Of a stretch of DNA of 64,000 bases, positions 43,095 to 52,661 are shown one piece after another. The position numbers and the translations under genes were made by a program. Source of the stretch: Candidatus Heimdallarchaeota archaeon (lineage in GTDB: Archaea > Asgardarchaeota > Heimdallarchaeia > JABLTI01); assembly GCA_019056785.1 (NCBI GenBank), contig DXJV01000087.1:8295-72294 (forward strand), written 5' to 3'. Under the pieces are notes generated by a model, which saw only the letters and a program-made list of their open reading frames with translations, searched no databases and was not told the origin of the DNA. Position 1 is the stretch's first letter; each line of letters starts with the position of its first letter.

Positions 43095-44732
43095 ATGACT
43101 AAAAAAACAAAGTTCGTCTTCGTTGTAGGGGGTGTGATGTCGGGGATTGGTAAAGGAGTAGTAACCTCGTGCATCGGAAAAAATTTGCAGGTGCGAAAAG
43201 GAACAATTGATTTAATAAAAATTGACCCCTATCTTAACATAGATGCTGGAACGATGAATCCCATCCAGCATGGTGAAGTGTATGTCACTGATGATGGCGG
43301 AGAAATCGATGTTGATTTTGGTCATTATGCTCGGATACTTGGTCTTGATATGAAGAAAACACAAAATATTACCACAGGACAAGTTTATCGGGAAGTTATT
43401 CGAAAAGAACGTGCAGGAGACTACTTGGGGCACACAGTTCAAGTCATTCCGCATATTTCTAATGAAATAAAGCGGCGCATTCGCGAAGTCAGCACCTTTA
43501 AAAACCCTGACGTTTTACTTGTTGAGATAGGGGGAACTGTTGGCGACATTGAATCGCTCCCCTTTTTAGAAGCTATTCGACAAATGATTATGGAAGAGCC
43601 CGAAGAAGACACTTTACTGGTGCATACAACCTATGTTCCCGTGCCGGATCACTTACATGAAGCGAAAACAAAGCCCACCCAACATTCTGTGAAAGAGCTG
43701 CGGGGTATTGGATTGAACCCAAATATTATCGTCTGCCGTAGTCATAATATTCTTGATGAAAAAACTAGGAAAAAGGTGGCACTCTTTTGTAATGTTCCTG
43801 ATGAAGCCGTTTTTACACTCCCGGACCTCGAGTCAGTTTACTCTGCCCCTTATCATTTGGATAAACAAGGATTAGGCGAGCTGCTAATAAAACGACTAAA
43901 ACTCAAACTCTCTCCACCTGATTGGAAAGAATGGAATGAGTTGATTGATCGATATGAAAACCCAACGGCAAAAGTAAAAATTGCCATGGGAGGAAAATAC
44001 ACACAACTAGTTGATTCGTATATCTCTGTTAATGAGGCATTAAAACATGCTGCCGCCTTTTATCGTTATGGTGTTGAAATTGATTGGATAGAAACAGAGG
44101 AAATTGAAGAAGACCCCCAAAAAGTGCGAATCCTCGAAGAATATGATGGGTTACTTGTTCCAGGAGGGTTTGGATATCGGGGCACAGAAGGAAAAATCAA
44201 GCTAATAGAATATGCCCGTGAGAAGGACATTCCTTTCCTTGGCTTGTGTTTCGGCTTTCAACTGGCAACTATAGAATTTTGTCGACATGTACTGAAAATC
44301 AAAAACGCAACAAGTTTTGAGTTTACAAGTAGTGGGGATATAAACTCGAGTAATTTAGTTATTGACCTTCTACCTGAACAAAAGGGGGTAAAAGAAATGG
44401 GTGGGACAATGCGCTTAGGAGGTCTCCCTGTTAAGATTAAAGAAAACACAAAGGCCTTTGAACTTTATAAAAAGACCTTGATCCGAGAACGCCACCGCCA
44501 CCGCTATGAAGTAAACCCCCAATTTATCCAACGTATTGAAGAAAAGGGGCTGATCTTCTCCGGTACATCTGAAGATGGGAGACGAATGGAAATTCTCGAG
44601 CTACCTGACCACAAATTCTTTATGGCATCACAATTTCATCCGGAATTTACTTCATTACCTTGGAAACCAAACCCTCTATTTCGAGGGTTCATTGGTGCGG
44701 CAATTGAACGGAAAAAGAAACGAGAAAGCTAG
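43095..44732 (+). CDS. pyrG: CTP synthase
   Basis: N-terminus KFVFVVGGVMSGIGKG. The glutamine amidotransferase half carries GLCFGFQ (catalytic Cys) and HRHRYEVN. Confidence 0.95.
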   Translation: MTKKTKFVFVVGGVMSGIGKGVVTSCIGKNLQVRKGTIDLIKIDPYLNIDAGTMNPIQHGEVYVTDDGGEIDVDFGHYARILGLDMKKTQNITTGQVYREVIRKERAGDYLGHTVQVIPHISNEIKRRIREVSTFKNPDVLLVEIGGTVGDIESLPFLEAIRQMIMEEPEEDTLLVHTTYVPVPDHLHEAKTKPTQHSVKELRGIGLNPNIIVCRSHNILDEKTRKKVALFCNVPDEAVFTLPDLESVYSAPYHLDKQGLGELLIKRLKLKLSPPDWKEWNELIDRYENPTAKVKIAMGGKYTQLVDSYISVNEALKHAAAFYRYGVEIDWIETEEIEEDPQKVRILEEYDGLLVPGGFGYRGTEGKIKLIEYAREKDIPFLGLCFGFQLATIEFCRHVLKIKNATSFEFTSSGDINSSNLVIDLLPEQKGVKEMGGTMRLGGLPVKIKENTKAFELYKKTLIRERHRHRYEVNPQFIQRIEEKGLIFSGTSEDGRRMEILELPDHKFFMASQFHPEFTSLPWKPNPLFRGFIGAAIERKKKRES

Positions 44733-44780
44733 AAAACCCTTTTCCTTAGTATTATAAAAGTAAGAAAGAAAAGAAGGATG

Positions 44781-45059
44781 CTAAATAGAGAAGATCACAC
44801 TTGAAACTTTTGTACTGCAGACTTTTCGAACACCATGGGAACCGGGCTCATACCGTGACACCAACAAACCTGCTTCTTCCAGAATTTTTATTTGGGCACT
44901 AATATTTGCTTCGGTTTGATTGAGCATTGCCGCGATTCGACTTACATCAATATCTTTTTCGGTTGTCATTTTCAATATTTGCAGCCTTGTTTTTGAAGAC
45001 AGCGCTTTTGCAACGATCGGGATTCTGTCTCCATCAACATGTAGTGTTTCTTCAGCCAT
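44781..45059 (-). CDS. ArsR-family winged-helix transcriptional regulator
   Basis: LSSKTRLQILKMT...VSRIAAMLNQTEANISAQIKILEEAGLLVS is the ArsR/SmtB HTH pattern. Length 92 aa. Confidence 0.7.
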   Translation of the reverse strand: MAEETLHVDGDRIPIVAKALSSKTRLQILKMTTEKDIDVSRIAAMLNQTEANISAQIKILEEAGLLVSRYEPGSHGVRKVCSTKVSSVIFSI

Positions 45060-45390
45060 TGTTTATACCCCATTGTTTTGAGCAATTAATTACTTTCGAA
45101 GTACTATTCAAACGGGATGTAATAAATAAACATTTCTGTTTCTTTTTTAATAACCATTTTAAAGATAAACTAGTTAATAATACAATTACTCTTTTCTTCT
45201 AATGTTATAGACTACTATTGTGTAAGCTTTTTCCGGCACAGAATATACAAGTCTTAGAGGGGTTCATCTCTTGCTAAGGAATTTCATCGGGCAAATAACA
45301 AACGACACATCTTTCTTATGACCTATTTTAGATTTTTCGATAGGGTTTAAGAAGGCATACTTCGTTCTTTTTTTAGGAGCGTTTCTTAGC

Positions 45391-46311
45391 ATGGCAAAAG
45401 CAGCAGAATATTTACTCGAACTTGAAAAAAATGACTTTCGCATTTTACAAGCAATAGAAGTTGGCATGCGAACCTCCGAATATGTTTCACTCGAGACGAT
45501 TGTTGAATTCAGTAAACTCAGGGTGGATCAGGTTATTCATCGTTTGGATAAGCTTCACTTCCTAGAGTTAATTTTTCGCTGGAAAGGGAATTATCTGGGT
45601 TATCAATTGACCCATCATGGCTACGATGTTCTTGCCTTTCGTGCATTGTCAGAACGAGATTCAATAGTTGCCATTGGCCTTCCAATCGGGCGAGGAAAAG
45701 AAAGTGATGTGTTTTTAGCGTATAATGCTACCCAAGAAGTTCTGGTAGCAAAAATTCATCGTGTCGGCCGGCCTAGCTTTCAACGAAGTAAAAAATTACG
45801 AAGCTATATCGGCAAACGCAGTCATTTGAATTGGTTATACAAATCCCGTCTTTCCGCAGAGCGAGAATTTCAAGGCTTGGAAATTGCTCATAAGATAAAG
45901 GCAAAAACACCAAGAGCAATCGATCATAATCGCCATATTATTATCATGGAATTTTTTGAAGGAAAAGAACTAGTTGAGTCTTCTGCAATAAAAAAACCTT
46001 TGGCATTATTTAATGGCATCATTTCTGAAATTCGAAAACTAGTTGTTGAAGGGGGGATAGTTCATGGCGATCTCTCAGCTTACAATGTAATTATCACACC
46101 AGAAAATGACTTTTTACTTATCGATTTCCCACAATTTGAACCTATGGATCACCCCAATAGCCACGAGTTGCTGCTCCGAGATATCACAAACATTTGTAAA
46201 TTCTTTAAACGCAAGTATAAATTGCAAGCAAACCCGCAGGAAATTTTCAAGCAGATAATAGCAGAATATGAAGAGAAATTACAGAAAAAAACAAAACGAA
46301 AGAAAGGATAG
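45391..46311 (+). CDS. rio2: RIO-type serine/threonine kinase Rio2
   Basis: N-terminal winged helix (FRILQAIEVGMRTSEYVSLETI) specific to Rio2. The RIO domain carries GRGKESDVF, VAKIHR, IVHGDLSAYNVII and IDFPQ. Confidence 0.85.
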   Translation: MAKAAEYLLELEKNDFRILQAIEVGMRTSEYVSLETIVEFSKLRVDQVIHRLDKLHFLELIFRWKGNYLGYQLTHHGYDVLAFRALSERDSIVAIGLPIGRGKESDVFLAYNATQEVLVAKIHRVGRPSFQRSKKLRSYIGKRSHLNWLYKSRLSAEREFQGLEIAHKIKAKTPRAIDHNRHIIIMEFFEGKELVESSAIKKPLALFNGIISEIRKLVVEGGIVHGDLSAYNVIITPENDFLLIDFPQFEPMDHPNSHELLLRDITNICKFFKRKYKLQANPQEIFKQIIAEYEEKLQKKTKRKKG

Positions 46312-46332
46312 CTATTAATTTTCTTGGTGGCG

Positions 46333-47634
46333 CTACTCTTTAGTGAGCGTTTTTTGTGAGGTTTTCACTTTTTCTTGGAGCAGAAGATTTAATGCATCAT
46401 TCTCTCCTCCCAAAGCAAAGTTGAGGATTTCTGTGAAAAAGAAAGTGGGCAGTGGCTCTGGATTATACTCCCTCTGATGTACAGTATACATCATACTGCA
46501 ATTCCCACAACCGAGGATTAATGCGTCCACAGAACGTGCTTTCAAAGAATCTATCCTTTTTTTACCAATCGCATAAGCAATCTCCTTATTATAAATTAAC
46601 ATAGAAGAACCACAACAGAGTGTTTCGAAAGGATATCGTATTGACTTTATGGCGGTAAGCGAGAGCAAATTCCTGAGAAGATTAGAACCAATGGAAGCAT
46701 TTGGTGAAGTTGGTGCCGGGCGGATAACTTGACAAGGAACTTGTGTTCCCACAGTCAGTTGTACTAGTTGTTGATTCTGCTCGGGTTCGATAAGTTGTTT
46801 CAAGCGCTCTTGTAGATCTTTGTTTTGTAGGAATTCAGAGAGATGGAAGATACGAACTGTTCCTGTATATTGCTTGTTAATTGTAGCCAAATAGTGATTC
46901 ACTTTTTTAAGAAGAGATGGTTCTTGTAACAACTTTTGATTTACCCGCCGCAAATTGCCCGTACAACCCCCGCAAAGAGAAAGAATAGTTGTAATACCCC
47001 TTTCTTCAGCAATAGCCAAATTATGTGCAGCTGAAACAAGCCATAGCAGTTCAGACTGTGACTCGGTCATAATAGAACCACAACAAACAAAGGGTAAATC
47101 AACAAAGGAAATTTCCAATTGTTTCAATAACTCACGAGCAGATTTTTCATACTGTAAAACGCGATAGGGGATCAAGCAGCCTAAAAACAAAGCAATGGAT
47201 GTTTGGAGGGGGGAGGCTTGAAGGTTCTTAGAAAAGGTTGCTGGAAGAGGAGGGGGTTGCTCTTCACCGCGAAGAATCTGTTCATACAAGTATGCTACTT
47301 CTTCCACCGGTTTTGCAGGCAGCTGTGGCAAGCCATACTCTTCTCGAACGGCTGCTAATTCTTTTGAAATGGGAAACAATGTTCCGAACTTTTTGAGTTG
47401 TTCCAGTGGTTCTCTCATCTCTTTTGAGTTCTGCTCTTTTGTTCGACGCTTTTCGATAGCATGTTGTCTTGCAGAATTTGAAGCACATGCATCTTCACAA
47501 TAAAAGCAATTGGTACAATACCACACGTTACCCTTATCTTGCAATATCGGATAAGCACCCTCAGTTTTATCAGCTTGAGTTACAGGACAAGGAAGAAGTT
47601 TCTTCTGGTCCGCACAATCATCTTTTGGTGGCAT
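46333..47634 (-). CDS. Fe-S protein with two CCG cysteine-rich domains (HdrB/HdrD-like)
   Basis: The N-terminus has CTNCFYCEDAC (C-x2-C-x2-C-x3-C). Two C...CCG...C-x2-C units follow: LGC...VCCGS...CGGC and PC...LCCGS...CGNC. Confidence 0.75.
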   Translation of the reverse strand: MPPKDDCADQKKLLPCPVTQADKTEGAYPILQDKGNVWYCTNCFYCEDACASNSARQHAIEKRRTKEQNSKEMREPLEQLKKFGTLFPISKELAAVREEYGLPQLPAKPVEEVAYLYEQILRGEEQPPPLPATFSKNLQASPLQTSIALFLGCLIPYRVLQYEKSARELLKQLEISFVDLPFVCCGSIMTESQSELLWLVSAAHNLAIAEERGITTILSLCGGCTGNLRRVNQKLLQEPSLLKKVNHYLATINKQYTGTVRIFHLSEFLQNKDLQERLKQLIEPEQNQQLVQLTVGTQVPCQVIRPAPTSPNASIGSNLLRNLLSLTAIKSIRYPFETLCCGSSMLIYNKEIAYAIGKKRIDSLKARSVDALILGCGNCSMMYTVHQREYNPEPLPTFFFTEILNFALGGENDALNLLLQEKVKTSQKTLTKE

Positions 47635-47697
47635 GTCTAACGGCTAAATAAAAAGACTGCTAAGGTATAATTATTTCGATTCATTTTCCAAAGCAAG

Positions 47698-48000
47698 CTA
47701 CTCGAGGAAAGCTTCAGATGAGAGAAGTTCATTGATTTCGTCACAAATTTGAATATTAATCGGGTGCTCTGCATCAGAAAGATAGAGTGTCAAACAGTCA
47801 CGAACTTTCTTGATTTCCGGAAAAAAGGTCTTGCCAAAATTTATTGCAGCGGTTAGTTGTTCACCGCCATGATGAACATAGGCATTCTCACCAATTCGTA
47901 TATACCCGGCTTCTCGCAACACTTTTTGAAAAAGTTTCTCCATTTTCGTAGGATTCGCAATGAAGCATGTCACAATCATTGGGAATCTAATTCGGCTCAT
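47698..48000 (-). CDS. Hypothetical small protein (100 aa)
   Basis: From the ATG at 47998-48000 the sequence reads MSRIRFPMIVTCFIANPTKMEKLFQKVLREAGYIRIGENAYVH... (beta-alpha-beta-beta pattern). No confident family. Confidence 0.45.
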   Translation of the reverse strand: MSRIRFPMIVTCFIANPTKMEKLFQKVLREAGYIRIGENAYVHHGGEQLTAAINFGKTFFPEIKKVRDCLTLYLSDAEHPINIQICDEINELLSSEAFLE

Positions 48001-48193
48001 ATCGCACCCGTCCTTCAATTCAAAACAAATAACGATAATATATAATAACAAATTAAAAGATTAAAAACTATTTCTTTGGAAAACGCATAAAAAAGTTGCC
48101 AGGCGATTTTTTAAAGCCTTTTATGCCCAAAAAGTAAAAAAACTTATTTGATATGTCAAAAATACTGGACACTAGGATTTGGTGTTATTTCCT

Positions 48194-49540
48194 ATGAAAC
48201 AAATTCAAGTAACCCTTCCCTCTGAAGAGGCCGAGGAGCTGGCTGAAAGTTTAACAGAGGTTGTTTCCCCCTCTCAAATTAACCTCATCAAAGGTACAAC
48301 TTCGAGTTTAATTCTTATTACAGTCTTTCCCACACGAACGGGCTTTGTGATGGATTATTTGGATGACTTGGGGATCGGCCGGATTAAAGGGAGAATAACA
48401 ATTACGGAGATTGAAGCAACAATTCCTCGAGTTCGCCCTCGAAAGCAGGACAAATTTTTACGCAGAATATCCATTGAAGAATTAGAACATAATGTAGTTA
48501 GTTTAGCAAAGATAGATTTCAATTACATTTCCTTTATAATTTTATCATCAATAATAGCTGCAATGGGTCTTGTCACCGACAATAATATTACTTTGATTGC
48601 TTCAATGATCGTTGCCCCCTTAATGGGTCCCATTGTTGCAATGGCATTTGGTGCAGTGACTTCGAATCAAAAAATCTTGAAAGAAGGAACCATTGTAGAG
48701 CTTTGGGGGATGATAATCTCAATAGGAATTGGTTTTGTAATTGGTTTGGCCTATCATTTCACACAGACTGAGCCAAGTACCTTTATTATTGCCCGTGGAG
48801 AACCCAACATTGTTGATTTGGTTGTGGCAATTGCTTCAGGGCTTACAGCCGGGATTTGTTTTGTTAGTGGCACTTCTCTTGCTCTTGTTGGTGTAGCTGC
48901 TGCGGCGGCACTCTTACCTGTAGTTGTTAATATTGGTATTTCTCTTGGAATGTTTGAATGGCGCCTTGCTTTAGGGAGCCTTGTCCTGTTCATTACCAAC
49001 CTTGTCTCAATTCATCTTGGATGTATGATCATCTTTTGGATACGGAAAGTAGAACCACCAAAGGCAGTTAAGAGAGTAAAAGCGAAAAAATCACTTCGCG
49101 CACAATTATTTGCTTTTGGGATTCTCTTGCTCGTTGTTGCATTACCAATCACTCAAACGTCTATTCAAATTGGGAGAAAATGGCGCTACCAAAAAATCAC
49201 TAATGATGTTACAACCGAGATTTTGCAGCCCCTCGAAGGGGTAATCTTTCCGCCTGAGAAACTCGAGGTTTCAATAAGTGCAACTCTCACTCGTAATTAT
49301 GTAGTGAACATTACCATTCGGATTTTTTCATCGAAACAACTCCCCAATGGAACGAATTTGGCGATAAAACAAGAAATAGAGAATCGAGCGAAACATCCAA
49401 TAAACTCACTTATCTTAGAAGTAATTATAATTCAGGAGTTTGAACCTCTCGCATTACTTTCTACGCCAGAGATAACCGGCATTCTACCGCAACGAGAACT
49501 AAATGTAAATCCTTTTACCCGAGCGTTTATCCTTGGGTAA
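48194..49540 (+). CDS. DUF389 / TIGR00341-family membrane protein
   Basis: Soluble N-domain followed by a hydrophobic core carrying ASMIVAPLMGPIVA, the (M/L)-x-V-A-P-L-M-G-P signature I associate with DUF389. The ATG at 48194 is preferred over TTG 48179. Confidence 0.7.
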   Translation: MKQIQVTLPSEEAEELAESLTEVVSPSQINLIKGTTSSLILITVFPTRTGFVMDYLDDLGIGRIKGRITITEIEATIPRVRPRKQDKFLRRISIEELEHNVVSLAKIDFNYISFIILSSIIAAMGLVTDNNITLIASMIVAPLMGPIVAMAFGAVTSNQKILKEGTIVELWGMIISIGIGFVIGLAYHFTQTEPSTFIIARGEPNIVDLVVAIASGLTAGICFVSGTSLALVGVAAAAALLPVVVNIGISLGMFEWRLALGSLVLFITNLVSIHLGCMIIFWIRKVEPPKAVKRVKAKKSLRAQLFAFGILLLVVALPITQTSIQIGRKWRYQKITNDVTTEILQPLEGVIFPPEKLEVSISATLTRNYVVNITIRIFSSKQLPNGTNLAIKQEIENRAKHPINSLILEVIIIQEFEPLALLSTPEITGILPQRELNVNPFTRAFILG

Positions 49541-50324
49541 TTCCTTCAACTGAAAGATTGTATTTTTTAAGGAGGAGAGCGATTTCCTTTAATTCCGTAA
49601 TGGTTTGCACTGTTAATTTCTTACGGAAGAGGTGAGAGTTGAGAGTTGCGGCGGCGCGTGTAATGTCATGTTTTCGCCAAATATTCATCTCCGGGTCAGC
49701 TAAAAGGATAAAGAGCTTTTTCTTTTTCTTATCCGCTATGAGGAAAACATCTCGGTGCATGATCTCTTTGCCAATAAGCTCTTTTACCTCTCCTTTCTTA
49801 GTGACTGTGAAGATTCGTGGTAAAACACCTTGGAAGAGAAGATTCATTTTCCGAAAGACAGTATGAAGATTTGCTGTTTGAAGGTCATAGTCGTAAACAA
49901 TCTCACGAGAGATGATGTTGAAATAGGGCTCTATCAATCCATAAGAATCTAATATTTGTCGCGTATGCTCGATATTATAAATGAGGAATAGGACACAAAA
50001 ACGACCACAAGTGGCAATGCGTGTATCTTTAGAATCTTTGGCTTTAACCACAAAGGAAATGGCTAATGCCCGTAAAGATGCATGATCTTTAACAGGAAAT
50101 GGCCCAAATTGTTGAATGGTTGAGCGTCTTTGTTCGTCATCCTCTATGTCATCAATAACATCTAAAGGATTATCCAAGCCAATAACGGTCATTCCTTTTA
50201 TCGATAAAATCATAGCCTCATCATCACCCAAGTGAGTATTATTGAAAACAATGTTAGGGCCGCTATCGCTAAAGGTTGAAACAATCATTCCAACAAGTTT
50301 GGGTTCGTAATCATTAATATCCAT
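49527..50324 (-). CDS. Hypothetical soluble two-domain protein (265 aa); possible longin/roadblock-like fold (speculative)
   Basis: From ATG 50322-50324 the sequence reads MDINDYEPKLVGMIVSTFSDSGPNIVFNN...FGPFPV...FCVLFLIY. The pattern is strand, G-P, strand, and it recurs. The track start (TTG 50387) is less likely. No catalytic motif. Confidence 0.55.
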   Translation of the reverse strand: MDINDYEPKLVGMIVSTFSDSGPNIVFNNTHLGDDEAMILSIKGMTVIGLDNPLDVIDDIEDDEQRRSTIQQFGPFPVKDHASLRALAISFVVKAKDSKDTRIATCGRFCVLFLIYNIEHTRQILDSYGLIEPYFNIISREIVYDYDLQTANLHTVFRKMNLLFQGVLPRIFTVTKKGEVKELIGKEIMHRDVFLIADKKKKKLFILLADPEMNIWRKHDITRAAATLNSHLFRKKLTVQTITELKEIALLLKKYNLSVEGITQG

Positions 50325-50670
50325 CAATTTATACCTCGAGAGATTCGGAAGGGTTTTTTTACCAGGTAAAGACAAATGTACACGCAATTATTATTTGCTA
50401 ACTCTTTCTTTATATGCCTTTTTAAAGGAGCATTCGTTAAAATAGCAATGAAGACTTTTAATTAATTGCCTTTAAGGATAAAAATTCCCAGAAAACAAAC
50501 GAAGTTGTTAAAAAGCCAAAAAGGCTTTTGCCAGAACAAAAATACTTTAAATGAAAAAACAAGCTTAGTTAAAAAGGCGATGAAGTGTTTTCAAACATAA
50601 TCTTGATAAAACACTTTAGCTTATAGTATTTATAACTGATTGAAAAAACTCAACGGATGGTTGATAAAGT

Positions 50671-51129
50671 ATGACTCTTGGAAAAATGATTCTAAAGAAA
50701 AATAAGGCGGTTTCGCCAGTTATTGCGACTATTCTACTTATCGCTTTGACTGTTACTGCTGCTGCTATTGTTTATTTTGTCGTTGTTCCGCTTTTGAAAG
50801 GAAAGCCTGAGCTTGTCCCACTTGACTATGATAAGGTTTCAGGAACAACTGATCGCTATCAAGTCGAAATTCAAAACACAGGTGGCGCAGAAGCAAACAT
50901 TGTAGGGCTTGACTCGTTCGACCTTACAAACACCACTGGTACTATTCATCCAGTAGCTGTGTACATTGGCACTGATCCAGTCAATTTCACATCACCCTAT
51001 GTTTTGAACCCCAATGATTCAGTGACATTCATTTTAGACTTCGACACAGCTTTTACCTCTGGTGGAACCTACACTTTAACTATTCACTATGATGGTGGGA
51101 AGACTTTAGAGCTTGATTTTACTTACTAA
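50671..51129 (+). CDS. Archaeal type IV pilin-like protein (class III signal peptide, DUF1628-like N-terminus)
   Basis: KKNKAVSPVIATILLIALTVTAAAIVYFVV is the K-[GA]-[VI]-S-P-V-I-A-T-I-L-(M/L) prepilin signature. The C-terminal domain is beta-rich. Confidence 0.8.
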   Translation: MTLGKMILKKNKAVSPVIATILLIALTVTAAAIVYFVVVPLLKGKPELVPLDYDKVSGTTDRYQVEIQNTGGAEANIVGLDSFDLTNTTGTIHPVAVYIGTDPVNFTSPYVLNPNDSVTFILDFDTAFTSGGTYTLTIHYDGGKTLELDFTY

Positions 51130-51359
51130 ATTAATCTCTTCCCTTTTTTCTCTATTTTTTCTTTTTCTAATGCTTTTTTCTCAGTAAATTTTGCTTAGTT
51201 TTAAATAGGTGGAAAACAATCTTTTTAATAAAGAACATTAGTTGAATGCAGGTTGGCATTTCTTCTAAATAGAAATGAAAACACTCTCGCAGGAGACGGT
51301 TTTTAAAACAATGACAATTAATGAAATATTAAATTAAAAAAGGGGAAAAATGAAAAACA

Positions 51360-52568
51360 ATGACAATTACTCCAACGACAATTGGGATTATTGTAGCAAG
51401 TATTGGCGTATTTTTTTTGTTGTTTCTGATTTTTATCATAAGTAGATACCGGAAATTCAAAACAAACGAATATGTGATTCGATTTAGAAATGGGAAAATC
51501 AAATCTGCAGGAAAAGGTGGTAGATGCTTCCTTATGCCGATCATCGATGAGATTGTGGTTATCCCGACTACTACACAACAAACCTTTTTAGAGGCACGAG
51601 AAAAAGTTCTCTCACGTGAGTTTCAAGACGTAGCAATTAATGCTTTTGTCTTTTGGAAAGTGGTGAAACCGGAAGTTGCCTTTACAGCAGTTTCTTGGGA
51701 TCAGAAAGAAACAGATTATATTGAAAAAATCATTAAAAATGCTGCTGAAAGTATCATCCGAACAACTTGTGCCAACATGCCACTGGAATCAATAATTCGG
51801 GATCGAGGGGAAATCATCAGTGCAGTTTCAAAGGAATTACATGACTTGCTAGCAGATATGGGAATTGTCGTCATTTCTGTAGAAGTTCGAGATGTAGAAG
51901 TGTTAAATAATAATCTCAAAAGTAATTTGGAAGCATCCAAACAAATTGCAGAAGAAGAAACCGCTCGACTCAGACGAGCGCAAATGGAAGAGGTGACAAG
52001 ACTTCGAGACCTCGAGGTAAACCGGAAAACAGGCATTCAGGAACAAAGTGTTCAGATGGAAATCCAGCGAGAAGCGAAAAACAGAGAAATCCAAATCCAG
52101 AAATTGGAATTACAACGAACAGCAATTGAAGCGGACACCTTAAAGAAAAAGGTTACAATCGAAGCAGAAGCAGAGTATGAAAAGATGAAACGCTTAGCTG
52201 AAGGTGAAAAAGCCAGATTGATCGCCAAAGCAGAAGGTGAAGCTGCAGCAGTGAAAGCGAATCTAGTGGCAGAAGCAGAAGGTATTCTGGAACAAGTAAG
52301 AGCATTGGCACAAGCAGACCCGAAATTCTTCCAACTCAAAATAGTCGAGATGCTACCAGAAATTTACAAGCAATTAAATGTAGACAAAATGTTTGTGATG
52401 GGAGATGGGCAAAAAGCCTTTTCGAGCCTTGCCGAATCAATTATTCCGTTTTTAACAGTATTACCTGAAATCACAGAAAAGAGTCTGGGCTTTACGAAAG
52501 AACTTGCTAAAGAAACAACAACTAAAAAAGACGCGGCAAAAAAGAAAGCAAAAGAGAAGGCGACATAA
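51360..52568 (+). CDS. SPFH/Band-7 protein, flotillin-like
   Basis: N-terminal TM helix, an SPFH domain, then a long Glu/Ala-rich coiled coil (AEAEYEKMKRLAEGEKARLIAKAEGEAAAVKANLVAEAEG) typical of flotillins. Confidence 0.85.
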   Translation: MTITPTTIGIIVASIGVFFLLFLIFIISRYRKFKTNEYVIRFRNGKIKSAGKGGRCFLMPIIDEIVVIPTTTQQTFLEAREKVLSREFQDVAINAFVFWKVVKPEVAFTAVSWDQKETDYIEKIIKNAAESIIRTTCANMPLESIIRDRGEIISAVSKELHDLLADMGIVVISVEVRDVEVLNNNLKSNLEASKQIAEEETARLRRAQMEEVTRLRDLEVNRKTGIQEQSVQMEIQREAKNREIQIQKLELQRTAIEADTLKKKVTIEAEAEYEKMKRLAEGEKARLIAKAEGEAAAVKANLVAEAEGILEQVRALAQADPKFFQLKIVEMLPEIYKQLNVDKMFVMGDGQKAFSSLAESIIPFLTVLPEITEKSLGFTKELAKETTTKKDAAKKKAKEKAT

Positions 52569-52661
52569 AAAAGATATGGAGGGATGATTTGGCTCTTAAA
52601 AAGAGCCTTTCCAATCTTTTTTATGAAAAAAATGAAACACTAAAAATTTAGTACAACAAAA

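Noticed and set aside
47698-48000. Cas2/VapD-like ferredoxin-fold protein, which would hint at a CRISPR or toxin locus.
   Set aside because: The only support is a vague beta-alpha-beta-beta resemblance. There are no repeats, no cas genes and no partner gene nearby.
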